A stretch of DNA of 54,301 nt from an uncultured Chloroflexota bacterium (GCA_964609145.1 CAZSRI010000006.1:1-54301); one strand, 5' to 3'. Shown: positions 36,659-49,388, counted from the stretch's first letter. A program made the numbers and translations. Notes: generated from the letters alone by a model not told the origin.

Positions 36659-38021
36659 GGTGGCAGGGGCGGAAGCCCCCGCGATGAACGGGCCGAGGCC
36701 GATCGCCTTCGGCGCGTACCTCGCGGGCGACGCGCCCGCGCGCGAGCTCATCCAGCGCTGCGTGCACTGCGGCTTCTGCCTCCCGACGTGCCCGACGTAC
36801 GCGGTCCTCGGCGTCGAGATGGATTCGCCGCGCGGGCGCATCCGACTCATGAAGGACGCGTGGGAGGGCCGGATCGCGCCATCGGACGCCGCCTTCGACG
36901 AGCACATGTACGTGTGCCTCGACTGCCGCGCGTGCGAGACGGCGTGCCCGTCGGGCGTCGAGTTCGGGAAGCTCGTCGAGGCGGCGCGCGGGCAGGTCGA
37001 GCGCGCGCGGACGCGGCGGCTCCTCGAGCGCATCGTGCGCCGCATCGCCTTGGACGAGCTCCTTCCGCACCGTGGCCGACTGGCGTTCGTCACGGCGGCG
37101 ACCCGCGTCGCGCGCGCGATCGGGGCCGGCGCGGTCCTGCGGACGATCCCGACGCGGCTCACGCGGCGGCTCGCCGACCTCCTCGAGCTCGTGCCGCCGG
37201 GAGCGCCGCCGAGCACGCTGCCGGCTGTCGTCCCCGCGATCGGCGAGCGGCGCGCGCGCGTCGCGCTGTTCGAAGGCTGCGTGCAGCGCGCGGCATTCGG
37301 CGCGACGAAGGGCGCGACCGCGCGCGTCCTCGCGCGGAACGGGATCGAGGTGGTCGTCCCGACGGGGCAGACGTGCTGCGGCGCGCTCCACGTGCACGCC
37401 GGCGAGCGCGACGGCGGCCGCGCGCTCGCGCGGGCGAACATCGAAGCGCTCCTGCCCAGCGCAGGGGGCTCCGCCCTCTTCCACCCCCGCGACGAGGTCG
37501 ACTACATCGTCGTCAACGCGGCGGGGTGCGGCGCGAACCTGAAGGAGTACGGGTGGCTGCTGCGCGACGATCGGGCGTGGGCCGAGCGCGCCGAGCGCTT
37601 CGCCGCCAAGGTCCGTGACGCGACGGAGATCCTCGGCGACATGGGCCTCACGGCGGCGCCGGGGCGGCTCGACGCCGCGGTCGCGTACGACGAGCCCTGC
37701 CACCTCGTCCACGGGCAGAAGGTCTCGGAGCAGCCCAAGGCCCTGCTCGCGGCGATCCCGGGACTGCGCCTCGTCCCGCTCGCCGAGGCGGAGTGGTGCT
37801 GCGGCAGCGCGGGGATCTACAACGTCACGCGCCCCGAGCTCTCGCGGCGTCTCCTCGAGCGCAAGATGGCGAACGTCGCAAAGACCGGCGCGGACATCCT
37901 CGTGACGGCGAACCCCGGCTGCCTCATGCAGCTCGCCGCGGGGGTGCGCGAGGAAGGCCTGCGCATGGAGGTGGTCCACCTCATCGACCTGCTCGACCGC
38001 GCGTACGCTGCGAAGGGATGA
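36651..38021 (+). CDS. glcF: Glycolate oxidase Fe-S subunit
   Basis: CVHCGFCLPTCP, DSPRGRI, CLDCRACETACP, CCG domains. Confidence 0.92.
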   Translation: MARVAGAEAPAMNGPRPIAFGAYLAGDAPARELIQRCVHCGFCLPTCPTYAVLGVEMDSPRGRIRLMKDAWEGRIAPSDAAFDEHMYVCLDCRACETACPSGVEFGKLVEAARGQVERARTRRLLERIVRRIALDELLPHRGRLAFVTAATRVARAIGAGAVLRTIPTRLTRRLADLLELVPPGAPPSTLPAVVPAIGERRARVALFEGCVQRAAFGATKGATARVLARNGIEVVVPTGQTCCGALHVHAGERDGGRALARANIEALLPSAGGSALFHPRDEVDYIVVNAAGCGANLKEYGWLLRDDRAWAERAERFAAKVRDATEILGDMGLTAAPGRLDAAVAYDEPCHLVHGQKVSEQPKALLAAIPGLRLVPLAEAEWCCGSAGIYNVTRPELSRRLLERKMANVAKTGADILVTANPGCLMQLAAGVREEGLRMEVVHLIDLLDRAYAAKG

Positions 38022-39211
38022 ACGAGCTCGATCCGACCGCGATCCTCATCCAGATCACCCTGATCTTCGCGGCGGCAAAGATCGCCGGCGAGGCCGCCGT
38101 GCGCCTCGGCGGCGTCGCGCTCGTCGGCGAGATCGTCGCCGGCGCCGTGCTCGGCCCGCGCGCGCTGGGGCTCATCCAGGTGACCCCGATCGCCGTCGGC
38201 CTTGCCGAGTTCGGCGTGGTCATCCTCCTCTTCAGCGTCGGCCTCGAGATGGACTTCGGACAGCTCCGCGAGGTCGGCGCGCGCGGCGTCCTCGTCGGCA
38301 GCGTCGGGATCGTCCTCCCATTCTTCGCCGGTGCGGGGGTCTCGGCGCTGAGCGGGTACCCGACGACGACCTCGCTGTTCGTGGGGGCGGCGCTCGTCGC
38401 GACGAGCGTCGGGATCACGGCGCGCGTGCTCAGCGACCTCGGCATCATCACCGAGACCGAGTCCGTGATCGTCCTCGCGGCCGCCGTCGCCGACGACGTC
38501 CTCGGGCTCCTCGTCCTCGCCGCGGTGAGCGCTGTGGGGCAGGGCGAGCTCGACCCCGTGCGGCTCGCGATCCTCACCGCCGAGGCGCTCGTATTCATCG
38601 CGATCCTCCTCACCATGGGCCGCTTCGCGATGCGCGATCACGGCCACCGCGTCCAGTACCTGCGCATCCCGCACGGTGCGCTGTCCTTCGGGCTCCTCGT
38701 ATGCCTCGTGTCGGCGGTGCTCGCGGGGATCATCGGCCTCGCGGCGATCGTCGGCGCGTACCTCGCGGGACTTCTCGTCGCCGAGCTGTCGGACGAGCTC
38801 GAGCTGAAGCGCGACATGGAGCCGATCCGCGCGCTCCTCGTGCCGTTCTTCTTCGTCCTCACCGGCGCGCGCTTCGACTTCGCCGCGTTCTTCCAGCCCG
38901 CTGCCCTCAGCGTCGGTGTCGCGATCACGGTCCTCGCGATCGTGACGAAGCTCATCGGGTGCGGCCTGGCGATGTGGGGCACGAGCCTGCGGTCGGCCGT
39001 GCGCGTCGGCGTCGGGATGGTGCCCCGCGGCGAGGTCGGCCTCGTCGTCGCCGCGATCGGCCTGACGACGGGCCTCCTCGATGGCGCGCTCTACGGCGCG
39101 GTGCTCATGATGGTCGCTATCACGACCCTCGTCGCTCCGTTCCTCATCGGCCCGGCGTACGCCTTCCGCACCCCCCACCCGCCCGCCCTCCGTGCGCGGG
39201 GGATCGAGTGA
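38018..39211 (+). CDS. Cation:proton antiporter (CPA2, NapA-like)
   Basis: LF.VGLE, ATSVGIT, AAVADD, GMVPRGEVG. Confidence 0.9.
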   Translation: MNELDPTAILIQITLIFAAAKIAGEAAVRLGGVALVGEIVAGAVLGPRALGLIQVTPIAVGLAEFGVVILLFSVGLEMDFGQLREVGARGVLVGSVGIVLPFFAGAGVSALSGYPTTTSLFVGAALVATSVGITARVLSDLGIITETESVIVLAAAVADDVLGLLVLAAVSAVGQGELDPVRLAILTAEALVFIAILLTMGRFAMRDHGHRVQYLRIPHGALSFGLLVCLVSAVLAGIIGLAAIVGAYLAGLLVAELSDELELKRDMEPIRALLVPFFFVLTGARFDFAAFFQPAALSVGVAITVLAIVTKLIGCGLAMWGTSLRSAVRVGVGMVPRGEVGLVVAAIGLTTGLLDGALYGAVLMMVAITTLVAPFLIGPAYAFRTPHPPALRARGIE

Positions 39212-40389
39212 GCGCGCTCACGTCGCACGAGGTGCTGAACATCGCCGACCTCCGTCGGCTCGCGAAGCGCCGCCTGCCGCGGGTCGTGTTCGACTACATC
39301 GACGGCGGCGCCGAGGACGAGGTGACGCTCCGCGCGAACCGGCAGGCCTTCGAGGACGTCGTGCTGCGGCCGCGGGGCGCGGTCGCGACGCCGTCCGTGG
39401 ACCTCACCACCACCGTCTTCGGCACACGGCTCGCGCTCCCGTTCGCGCTCGCGCCCGTCGGGAGCACGCGGCTCTTCTGGCCGCGCGGCGAGGTGCACGC
39501 GGCGCGGGCGGCGGGCGAGGCGGGCACGGCCTACGCGCTCTCCACCCTCGTCGGCACGAGCCTGGAGGAGGTGCGCGCGGGATCGCGCGGACCGCTCTGG
39601 TACCAGCTCTACCTCGTCGGCGGGCGCGAGGTCGCGACGAAGGCGCTCGCGCGTGCGCGGGCGGCCGGCTACTCGGCGCTCCTCGTGACGATCGACACGG
39701 CCGTGGCGGGGCTCCGCGAGCGCGATCTGCGCAACGGCGTGACCGAGATCGTCCGCGAGGATCTGCTCGCGAGGGTCCCGTACGCGTGGCAGTTCGTCAC
39801 GCGTCCCGGCTGGGTGCTCGCGTTCCTCCGCGACGGCGGTCTCATGCGCTTCCCGAACGTCGTGCTGGAGGATGGGCCGATGCGCTACGTGGACGTCGGC
39901 CCCGTCCTCGAGCGATCCACCGTCACCTGGGACGACCTGCGCTGGATCCGCGAGGAGTGGCCCGGGCCGATCGCCGTGAAGGGCGTCCTCACCGCGGAGG
40001 ACGCCCGCCGCGCCGCGGATGCGGGTCTCGAGGGCGTCGTCGTCTCGAACCACGGCGGACGCCAACTCGACGGCGCACCCGCGACGCTGCGCGTCCTGCC
40101 GGAGATCGTCGCGGCCGTGAACGACCGCGCCGACGTCCTCCTGGACAGCGGCATCCGGCGCGGCGCCGACGTCGTGAAGGCGCTCTGCCTCGGCGCGAAG
40201 GCCGTCCTCATCGGCCGCGCGTACGCGTACGGGCTGGGGGCGGGCGGCGAGGCTGGCGTGGCGCGCTCCATCGAGATCCTCCGCAGCGAGACGATCCGGA
40301 CGATGAAGCTCATCGGCTGCTCATCCGTCGCCGGGCTCGGGCGCACCTTCGTCGACGTCCCGACGACCTGGACAAGGGCGGTGGACTAG
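39208..40389 (+). CDS. FMN-dependent alpha-hydroxy acid dehydrogenase (LldD-like)
   Basis: FDYIDGGA, SNHGGRQLD, DSGIRRGAD. Confidence 0.93.
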   Translation: MSALTSHEVLNIADLRRLAKRRLPRVVFDYIDGGAEDEVTLRANRQAFEDVVLRPRGAVATPSVDLTTTVFGTRLALPFALAPVGSTRLFWPRGEVHAARAAGEAGTAYALSTLVGTSLEEVRAGSRGPLWYQLYLVGGREVATKALARARAAGYSALLVTIDTAVAGLRERDLRNGVTEIVREDLLARVPYAWQFVTRPGWVLAFLRDGGLMRFPNVVLEDGPMRYVDVGPVLERSTVTWDDLRWIREEWPGPIAVKGVLTAEDARRAADAGLEGVVVSNHGGRQLDGAPATLRVLPEIVAAVNDRADVLLDSGIRRGADVVKALCLGAKAVLIGRAYAYGLGAGGEAGVARSIEILRSETIRTMKLIGCSSVAGLGRTFVDVPTTWTRAVD

Positions 40390-40391
40390 GC

Positions 40392-40694
40392 ATGCCGGAG
40401 AAGCGCGGGCTCCCGAAGCGCACGACCCGCCCGACCGCGCGGAAGACGTCGCGGACGACGGCACCGAGGAAGAGCTCGGTCGCGAAGAGGACCGCGGCGG
40501 CGAGCGAGGCGATCGCGAAGGGAACGCTGCCGGTCGCCGCGCCCGTCACGGTCGACACATGTCCACGCTGCGGGACGACGAAGTTCGCTCCGGAGGAGCG
40601 GATCCGCGCCGAAGGCCGCCGGACGGTGCGCTACACCGTCCTCGTCTGCGAGCGCGGCCACACGTTCGCGAAGCCGGTGCGCCGGGCGGTCTAG
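40392..40694 (+). CDS. Small basic protein with K/R-rich tail and zinc ribbon
   Basis: 100 aa; CPRC...CERGH; fills the gap between two genes. Confidence 0.7.
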   Translation: MPEKRGLPKRTTRPTARKTSRTTAPRKSSVAKRTAAASEAIAKGTLPVAAPVTVDTCPRCGTTKFAPEERIRAEGRRTVRYTVLVCERGHTFAKPVRRAV

Positions 40695-42598
40695 CGGGCC
40701 GGAGGCTCGTGCGCCGCCGCGGGCATCTCCTCCGGCATCGGGATCGTCTCGCTCTTGCGCCACGGCCGCTCCTCGAACGGCTTCGGCAGATCGAGCGGCC
40801 GGCGCACGAACGGCGTGCGGCACTCGGGGTGCGCCTCCTCGACCGCGGCGTAGATCTCGTCGAGCTCCTCGCCGATGAGCTCCTGCTTCTCGAGGAGCGC
40901 GTTCGCGACGGCGTGCACGACGGGCCCCTTGTCGCGCACGAGCCGGCGAGTCTCGGCGTACAGCTGGTCGAGCATCTTGTCGGCGACGCGCATGAGCGGC
41001 TCGGGGACCCCGCCCATCGGGTTCGTCGTCCCGACCGCGAGGAGGCTCGGGCCCATGCCGTGCTGACCGCAGTACGACATCGCGAGCCACGTCGCCGTCT
41101 GCATGTCGGAGTCGGCGCCGGTCATCTTCGTGTCGAGGAACTCCTCCTCGACCGCGCGCGATCCGAGCGAGATCATGATGTCGGCCTCGATCTCCTTCGC
41201 GCGCCGCGTGTAGCGCTCCTCCTTCTCGGACCGCTGCACGACGCCGAGCGCGTCGCCCATGCGGATGATCGACGCCTTCAGGACGCGGTGCTCCGAGCGC
41301 ACGTAGTGCGCGACGACCGCGTGCCCCGCCTCGTGGTACGCGATCGCGCGCCTGTCGTCGGCGGACATCTTCGTGATCGGCTGCTTGAGGCCGATCTGGC
41401 GCATGTCGCGCGCGGCGAGCCAGTCGCGGTAGTTGAGCCGATCGCGGCCGTCGTCGTGCGCGATGATCAGCGCCTCGTTGATGATCGTCTTGATCTCGAC
41501 GGGCGTCCATCCCACGGAGTCGGAGACGAGCAGATCGAGGTCCATGTCCGGGTCATGCGCCTTCTGCGCGAGGTAGTACTGGATGATGTCGCGGCGGCCC
41601 TCGCCGTCGGGCACGTAGACCTGCAGCTTGCGGTCGAGCCGGCCGGGCCGCGTGAGGGCCGGGTCGAGCACGTCCGGCCGGTTCGTGGCGCCGATGACGA
41701 AGACGACGGGCTTCGGCGGGACGGGGCCGCGAATGACGCCGAGCCAGCGGCCGAACTTGTGCTTCCAGCGGTCCTCGGTGAACTGCCCGAGCGAGTCCAT
41801 CTGGTTGAGGATCGTGTTCAGGGCGAACCCGCGCATGCCCATCATGCCCATCGGGCCCATGCCGCCCTGGATCTGCCCGCCCTGGACGCCGCCCCTCGTC
41901 AGGCCGATCGAGTCGAGCTCGTCGATGAACACGATGCACGCGCCGGGGTGGCCCGGCGGCGCGTACCTGCGCGCGAGGCTGCGCGCCTGCGAGAAGAGCT
42001 GGACGACGATGAGCGCGTCCATGCCGAACCACATGCTCGTCATCGACGAGGCGTCGATGTAGATGAACGGCAGCTTCGCCTCGGCGGCGATGATCGCCGC
42101 GAGGTACGACTTCCCGGTCCCCGGCGCGCCGGACAGGAGCATGCCGCGCGGCGGCTCGCCGCCCATCGCCCGGAACTTCGGGATGCCCTGGAGGATCTTC
42201 ACGGTGCTCTTCGCGTGCTCCAGGAGGTCGGGCTGGCCGCGGTACGCGCTGAACGACAGCCCGATCTGCGGGCTGTCCGGCGTGACGACGTACTTGCGCG
42301 GCCGCGAGAGGAAGTACATGAGCGCGCCGAACTGGACGATCATCGCGAAGGCGTAGAAGAGGAGCGTGACGACGAGGCCGGGCGCCGACCCGATGAGGCC
42401 GATGACCCCTTCGATGATCCCGCGAACGCCGAAGAGGAAGACCGCGATCGTGAGGACCACGAGGAGGACGAGCAGGCGCCGCCGGTTGCGCTCCCACACA
42501 TAGGCGCCGTGGTCGAGCATCCGGTCCATCGAGGTGCCCGGGTCGACCGGCTCCGTCGCCACACCGGTGGCCCGGGAACGGAGCTGCTCGTCGCTCAA
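40691..42598 (-). CDS. FtsH-like membrane AAA+ metalloprotease (divergent)
   Basis: 2 TMs, GAPGTGKS, FIDELD, GATNRPD.LDPAL.RPGRLDR, HEAGH, TGADSD. Confidence 0.88.
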   Translation of the reverse strand: MSDEQLRSRATGVATEPVDPGTSMDRMLDHGAYVWERNRRRLLVLLVVLTIAVFLFGVRGIIEGVIGLIGSAPGLVVTLLFYAFAMIVQFGALMYFLSRPRKYVVTPDSPQIGLSFSAYRGQPDLLEHAKSTVKILQGIPKFRAMGGEPPRGMLLSGAPGTGKSYLAAIIAAEAKLPFIYIDASSMTSMWFGMDALIVVQLFSQARSLARRYAPPGHPGACIVFIDELDSIGLTRGGVQGGQIQGGMGPMGMMGMRGFALNTILNQMDSLGQFTEDRWKHKFGRWLGVIRGPVPPKPVVFVIGATNRPDVLDPALTRPGRLDRKLQVYVPDGEGRRDIIQYYLAQKAHDPDMDLDLLVSDSVGWTPVEIKTIINEALIIAHDDGRDRLNYRDWLAARDMRQIGLKQPITKMSADDRRAIAYHEAGHAVVAHYVRSEHRVLKASIIRMGDALGVVQRSEKEERYTRRAKEIEADIMISLGSRAVEEEFLDTKMTGADSDMQTATWLAMSYCGQHGMGPSLLAVGTTNPMGGVPEPLMRVADKMLDQLYAETRRLVRDKGPVVHAVANALLEKQELIGEELDEIYAAVEEAHPECRTPFVRRPLDLPKPFEERPWRKSETIPMPEEMPAAAHEPPAR

Positions 42599-42996
42599 TT
42601 CACACCTACGACCTTCCCGTCGCGCACCCGGAAGACGATGGCTGTGAGGAAGGTCTCACCCGCCTCTGTACGGCCTGTCGCGACGTATCCGGCAAGGATA
42701 TCCCCCTGCCTCTGCGTGGCCCCGGTGAAATCGACCTGCCGGACGTCGACCAACGGGTCGATCGCCTGCCCGAGCGCCTGCAGGAGCTGCGCGTCGAGCG
42801 CCTTCGCCAGGCCCTTCGCGTCATCCGTGGCGATGAGGTGGGCGACGGCGCGCGTCGCCGGAGGCTCGCCGACCTGCTCGAGGGTCGGCCACGGGTTCTC
42901 CGGGGGCGCCGGGTTCGCGACCTGCGACGCGAGCGTCCCCGCGGCGATGCCGCCGGCGAGGACGACGATGCCGAGGAGCGGCTTCGCACTATTCAC
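42595..42996 (-). CDS. Small exported hypothetical protein
   Basis: N-terminal hydrophobic segment; overlaps both neighbouring genes. Confidence 0.7.
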   Translation of the reverse strand: MNSAKPLLGIVVLAGGIAAGTLASQVANPAPPENPWPTLEQVGEPPATRAVAHLIATDDAKGLAKALDAQLLQALGQAIDPLVDVRQVDFTGATQRQGDILAGYVATGRTEAGETFLTAIVFRVRDGKVVGVN

Positions 42997-43402
42997 GGCG
43001 GATCACCTTCCCGCCGACGAGCGTGAGCGCGAGCGGAAAGAACTGGCGCTGCCCGTCCGCGCCGCGGACCTCGATCGCGTAGATGTGGACGCTCGTCGCG
43101 CCCGACGTGCGCCCGCCGATGTACGTGAGCGACACCGGCGTGATCGAGCCCGCGGCCTGCGCCGCCTGCGCGTACTGCCTCGCGCGGCTCACGACATCGG
43201 TCTTCGGGCTGAGGGCGATGAGCGACTCGGGCTCGCTCTGGAGGAGGCCGATCATGTACTGGCGCGCGGCGCCGTTCTCGTGGACGCCGAACACGGCCTT
43301 CTCCTCGACGAGCCCGCCGCCGATCGCGCTCACCACGAACGCGAGCATCGCGCCGAGCAGGAAGACGGTCCCCCACGGGGCAAGACCGCGGATGATCGCC
43401 AT
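42989..43402 (-). CDS. Small membrane-anchored hypothetical protein
   Basis: N-terminal TM; TAGACT -10 6 nt upstream of ATG. Confidence 0.7.
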   Translation of the reverse strand: MAIIRGLAPWGTVFLLGAMLAFVVSAIGGGLVEEKAVFGVHENGAARQYMIGLLQSEPESLIALSPKTDVVSRARQYAQAAQAAGSITPVSLTYIGGRTSGATSVHIYAIEVRGADGQRQFFPLALTLVGGKVIRRE

Positions 43403-43498
43403 CCGCCGAGTCTATGAGCGCGCTACGCGCTGGCGAGGACGAGACCGGATGCCGCCGCGTCCGGGTGAGGACGAGCGACGCGTGGAGGAGCCACGCGA

Positions 43499-44755
43499 CT
43501 ATGCCGTCGCCGGACGTTCCGCGCTGCGGAGTTCGGGCACGCCGAGGAGCACGCCGCCGAGGATGACGAGCACGAGCGCGGCGCTCCCGCCGGCGGCGGC
43601 GGCGACGCCGAAGGCGGTGGCCAGCCCGCCGAGGAGCGGGCCGTTCACGACGCGTAGCCCCTGCGTCCCGAAGCTGTACGCGCCCATCACGCGGCCGCGG
43701 ATGCGGTCGGGTGCCGACAGCTGGAGCGTCGTGTTCGTGACCGACTGCGTGAGGACCTGTGTGAGGCCGATGACGACCATGAGCCCGAACGCGGCGAGGT
43801 AGTCGCCGGCGAGCGCGAAGAAGAGGATCGCGGCCATCTCGACCATCGCGGTCGCCGCGACGAACGCGCCGGGCCGTCGACGCTCGGTGCCCGCCCCGAG
43901 GTAGACGGCCGCGACGGCGGCGCCGATCCCACTCGCGACGAGCAGGTACGCGTACGCGAGCGGCATGTCGGGCCACCGTTGCGCCGCGACGACGACGAGG
44001 AGCGAGCTGAACGTGTGCCCGAGGAACACGACGCCGACGCCCTCCATCGCGATGAGCGAGCCGAGGAGCGGCCGCCGCCGGACGAACGTCACGCCCTCCT
44101 CGAGCGCCTCGCGGAGAGGCTGCGGCTCGGGCTGGTGGAGCGGCGGCACGCGCACGAGCGAGAGGAACGCGAGCACGGGCAGGAACGTGAGCGCGTTCAC
44201 GACGAAGCCCCAGCCCGCGCCGAACGCGAGGTAGATGAAGCCGGCGACGGCGGGCCCGACGACCTGCGATAGCTGCCGCGCGGTCGAGTTGAGGCTCACC
44301 GCGGAGAGGAGCTTCTCCTTCCGCACCATCGCGTGGATGAGCGTCTGCTGCGCGGGTATCCCGATCGCGCCCGCGAACCCGTGCACGAGGAGGAGCCCGA
44401 AGATCCACCAGACCGTCACGATGCCGGTGAGCGTGGCGGTCGCGACGCCGATCGCGGCGGCGAGGAGCAGGAGCTGCGAGACGACCTGGATCTTCCGCGC
44501 GTCGTAACGGTCCGCGAGGATCCCGCCGTACAGCGAGAAGAACGTGAACGGGACCCAGTGCGCGAAGACCATCATTCCCAGCCAGAACGGCGCGGCCTGG
44601 AGGCCGACGAGCTGCACGACGAGGTAGCCGCGGATGACGTTCTCCATGCCGTCGCCCGTCGTCGAGATCCAGCTGAGGATCCAGTACCACCGGAACGTGG
44701 GGACGTCGAGGGCGGCGAAGCGGCGTCGCCGTATCGGCGCGGTCGGAGCGATCAC
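43499..44755 (-). CDS. MFS transporter
   Basis: Multi-TM; GGILADRYDARK; RIRGRVMG. Confidence 0.9.
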   Translation of the reverse strand: MIAPTAPIRRRRFAALDVPTFRWYWILSWISTTGDGMENVIRGYLVVQLVGLQAAPFWLGMMVFAHWVPFTFFSLYGGILADRYDARKIQVVSQLLLLAAAIGVATATLTGIVTVWWIFGLLLVHGFAGAIGIPAQQTLIHAMVRKEKLLSAVSLNSTARQLSQVVGPAVAGFIYLAFGAGWGFVVNALTFLPVLAFLSLVRVPPLHQPEPQPLREALEEGVTFVRRRPLLGSLIAMEGVGVVFLGHTFSSLLVVVAAQRWPDMPLAYAYLLVASGIGAAVAAVYLGAGTERRRPGAFVAATAMVEMAAILFFALAGDYLAAFGLMVVIGLTQVLTQSVTNTTLQLSAPDRIRGRVMGAYSFGTQGLRVVNGPLLGGLATAFGVAAAAGGSAALVLVILGGVLLGVPELRSAERPATA

Positions 44756-45720
44756 GGCGGCGTGATGAACATCTGCGTGAACATCTTCCCGTATGGTCCC
44801 GCGCTCACCACGCCTATGCCGATCCGCGTGAACTCCGGACGGAGGATGTTCTCGCGGTGGCCTTCGCTCGACATGAGCCCCTGGTGCGCGACGCTCACCG
44901 ACTGCGCGTACGCGAGGTTCTCGCCCGCGCGCGAGTAGGCGATCCCCGCCGCGTCGAGACGGTCGAACGGCGAGCCCGTCACCGGCGACTGATGCCCGAA
45001 GTACTTGAGCCGGAACATCTCCTCCGAGTGCTGCCGCGCGACCGGGACGAGGCGCTCGTCCAGAACGAGCGGCCTGAGCCCCGCCGCGGCCCGCGCCTCG
45101 TTCATGAGCGCGAGCATCTGCGCCTCGCCCTGCGGATCGGCCTGGAGCTGGAGGTCATCGGGAAGGTCGAGCGCCTGGCGCTGGTCGGCGTCGATCTTGG
45201 TGACGAACAGGGAGCCCGCATCGGTGCCCAACAGCTGCCCGAGGTACGGCTGCGCGGCGGCGACGCCGGAGACGAGCGCGCTCCCGAGTCGCGATCCGTC
45301 GATCGCCGTCCGGACGTCGCTGCCGAACGGCAGCACGACGAGCGCGGCGAGGCCGATCGCGGCGACGAGCAGCGCGCGGAGCGCCGCCGGTAGGACGCCG
45401 AGGGCGCGGTCGAGGACCCGCGCCGCGGGGCTCGCGTGCGCGATCCGCACGAGCGGCCAGACCAGGACGCGGCCCGCGAGCGTGAAGGCGCCCTCGACGA
45501 TGAGGAGCACGGCGACGAACGCCACGGCGCGCGCCGCCGGCGCCGGCATCCCGGTCGCGCCGACGATGAGCCGCGACGCGCCGCCGAGCAGGGCGAACGC
45601 GGCGACGAGCGAGAGGACCCAGGTGACGAGCCCGTACGTCGTCGCGATGAAGCCCGCGCGGATCCCGCCGACGACCGCGAGCGCGACGATCGCGACGACG
45701 AGGAGGTCGACGGGGTTCAC
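44752..45720 (-). CDS. CvpA-family membrane domain fused to CAP/SCP domain
   Basis: N-terminal MNPVD...G..AGF, LDRALG; C-terminal ARQHSEEM, GENLA, S.GHRENIL. Confidence 0.87.
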   Translation of the reverse strand: MNPVDLLVVAIVALAVVGGIRAGFIATTYGLVTWVLSLVAAFALLGGASRLIVGATGMPAPAARAVAFVAVLLIVEGAFTLAGRVLVWPLVRIAHASPAARVLDRALGVLPAALRALLVAAIGLAALVVLPFGSDVRTAIDGSRLGSALVSGVAAAQPYLGQLLGTDAGSLFVTKIDADQRQALDLPDDLQLQADPQGEAQMLALMNEARAAAGLRPLVLDERLVPVARQHSEEMFRLKYFGHQSPVTGSPFDRLDAAGIAYSRAGENLAYAQSVSVAHQGLMSSEGHRENILRPEFTRIGIGVVSAGPYGKMFTQMFITPP

Positions 45721-45746
45721 GGATCGAGCATACGGACCGTCGGTGG

Positions 45747-48707
<2,961 letters not shown>

Positions 48708-49388
48708 CTACGCGCGCCGGAACTCGGTGACGACGAGGCGCAGGTAGATGAGCCAGACCGGGAGCGTCACGATCGCGCCGCCGAGCGCGCTCGCACCCTC
48801 GCGGAACGCCCCATCGGGGGCCGGCAGGATCCAGTACGCGAGCGCCTGGTACACGCCGGTCGGCACGAGCACGATCGTCGCGATCCCGAAGACGACCGTG
48901 CCGAGCATGAGGTAGCCGCGGCGCAGGCCGGTCATCGCCGCGGCCTCCTCGCCCAGCCCGCGCCGCGCGCTCCAGTGCGCGCCCCAGAAGATCGCACCGA
49001 AGACGGCGAACGTGGCGCCGCGCAGCAGGTCCTCGTCGCGCTGCCGGTCGCGCTCCTGCAGGATGGTCCGCCGGCTCCTGGCGACCTCCTCGGGCGACGG
49101 CTCCTTGCAGCCCGTCGCGCCCGGGGGGCAGGGGGCGACGACAGGGACCGGGCCGTCCCCGCCGTAGACGAACTCCGTGCCCGCCGCGCGCGCGAGGCCG
49201 TAGTTCACGACGGACCCGAGGCCGACCGTGAGGACGATGATCCCGGCCAGCGACGCGACGTAGAGGTAGAGCCGCAGGAGCCCCGGCGCGCCGAGATCGA
49301 CGCCTTCGCGCCCTCGCTGCAGGAACAGCACGACGATGAGCACCACCGTTCCGATGACCGCCGCGCTCGCGAGCACCCCCGTGATCAC
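48708..49388 (-). CDS. Hypothetical multi-TM membrane protein between uvrB and uvrA
   Basis: GTGA overlap with uvrB stop; LYLY.AS, FWGAHW, W..Y pattern (DUF5671-like, tentative). Confidence 0.75.
   Translation of the reverse strand: MITGVLASAAVIGTVVLIVVLFLQRGREGVDLGAPGLLRLYLYVASLAGIIVLTVGLGSVVNYGLARAAGTEFVYGGDGPVPVVAPCPPGATGCKEPSPEEVARSRRTILQERDRQRDEDLLRGATFAVFGAIFWGAHWSARRGLGEEAAAMTGLRRGYLMLGTVVFGIATIVLVPTGVYQALAYWILPAPDGAFREGASALGGAIVTLPVWLIYLRLVVTEFRRA

Noticed and set aside
40559-43417. Very long antisense or off-frame ORFs (952 aa here; also 31223-33907, 45921-47993, 49736-51655)
   Set aside because: Shadow ORFs from extreme GC3 bias opposite clear genes; Arg/Ala-rich with no motifs
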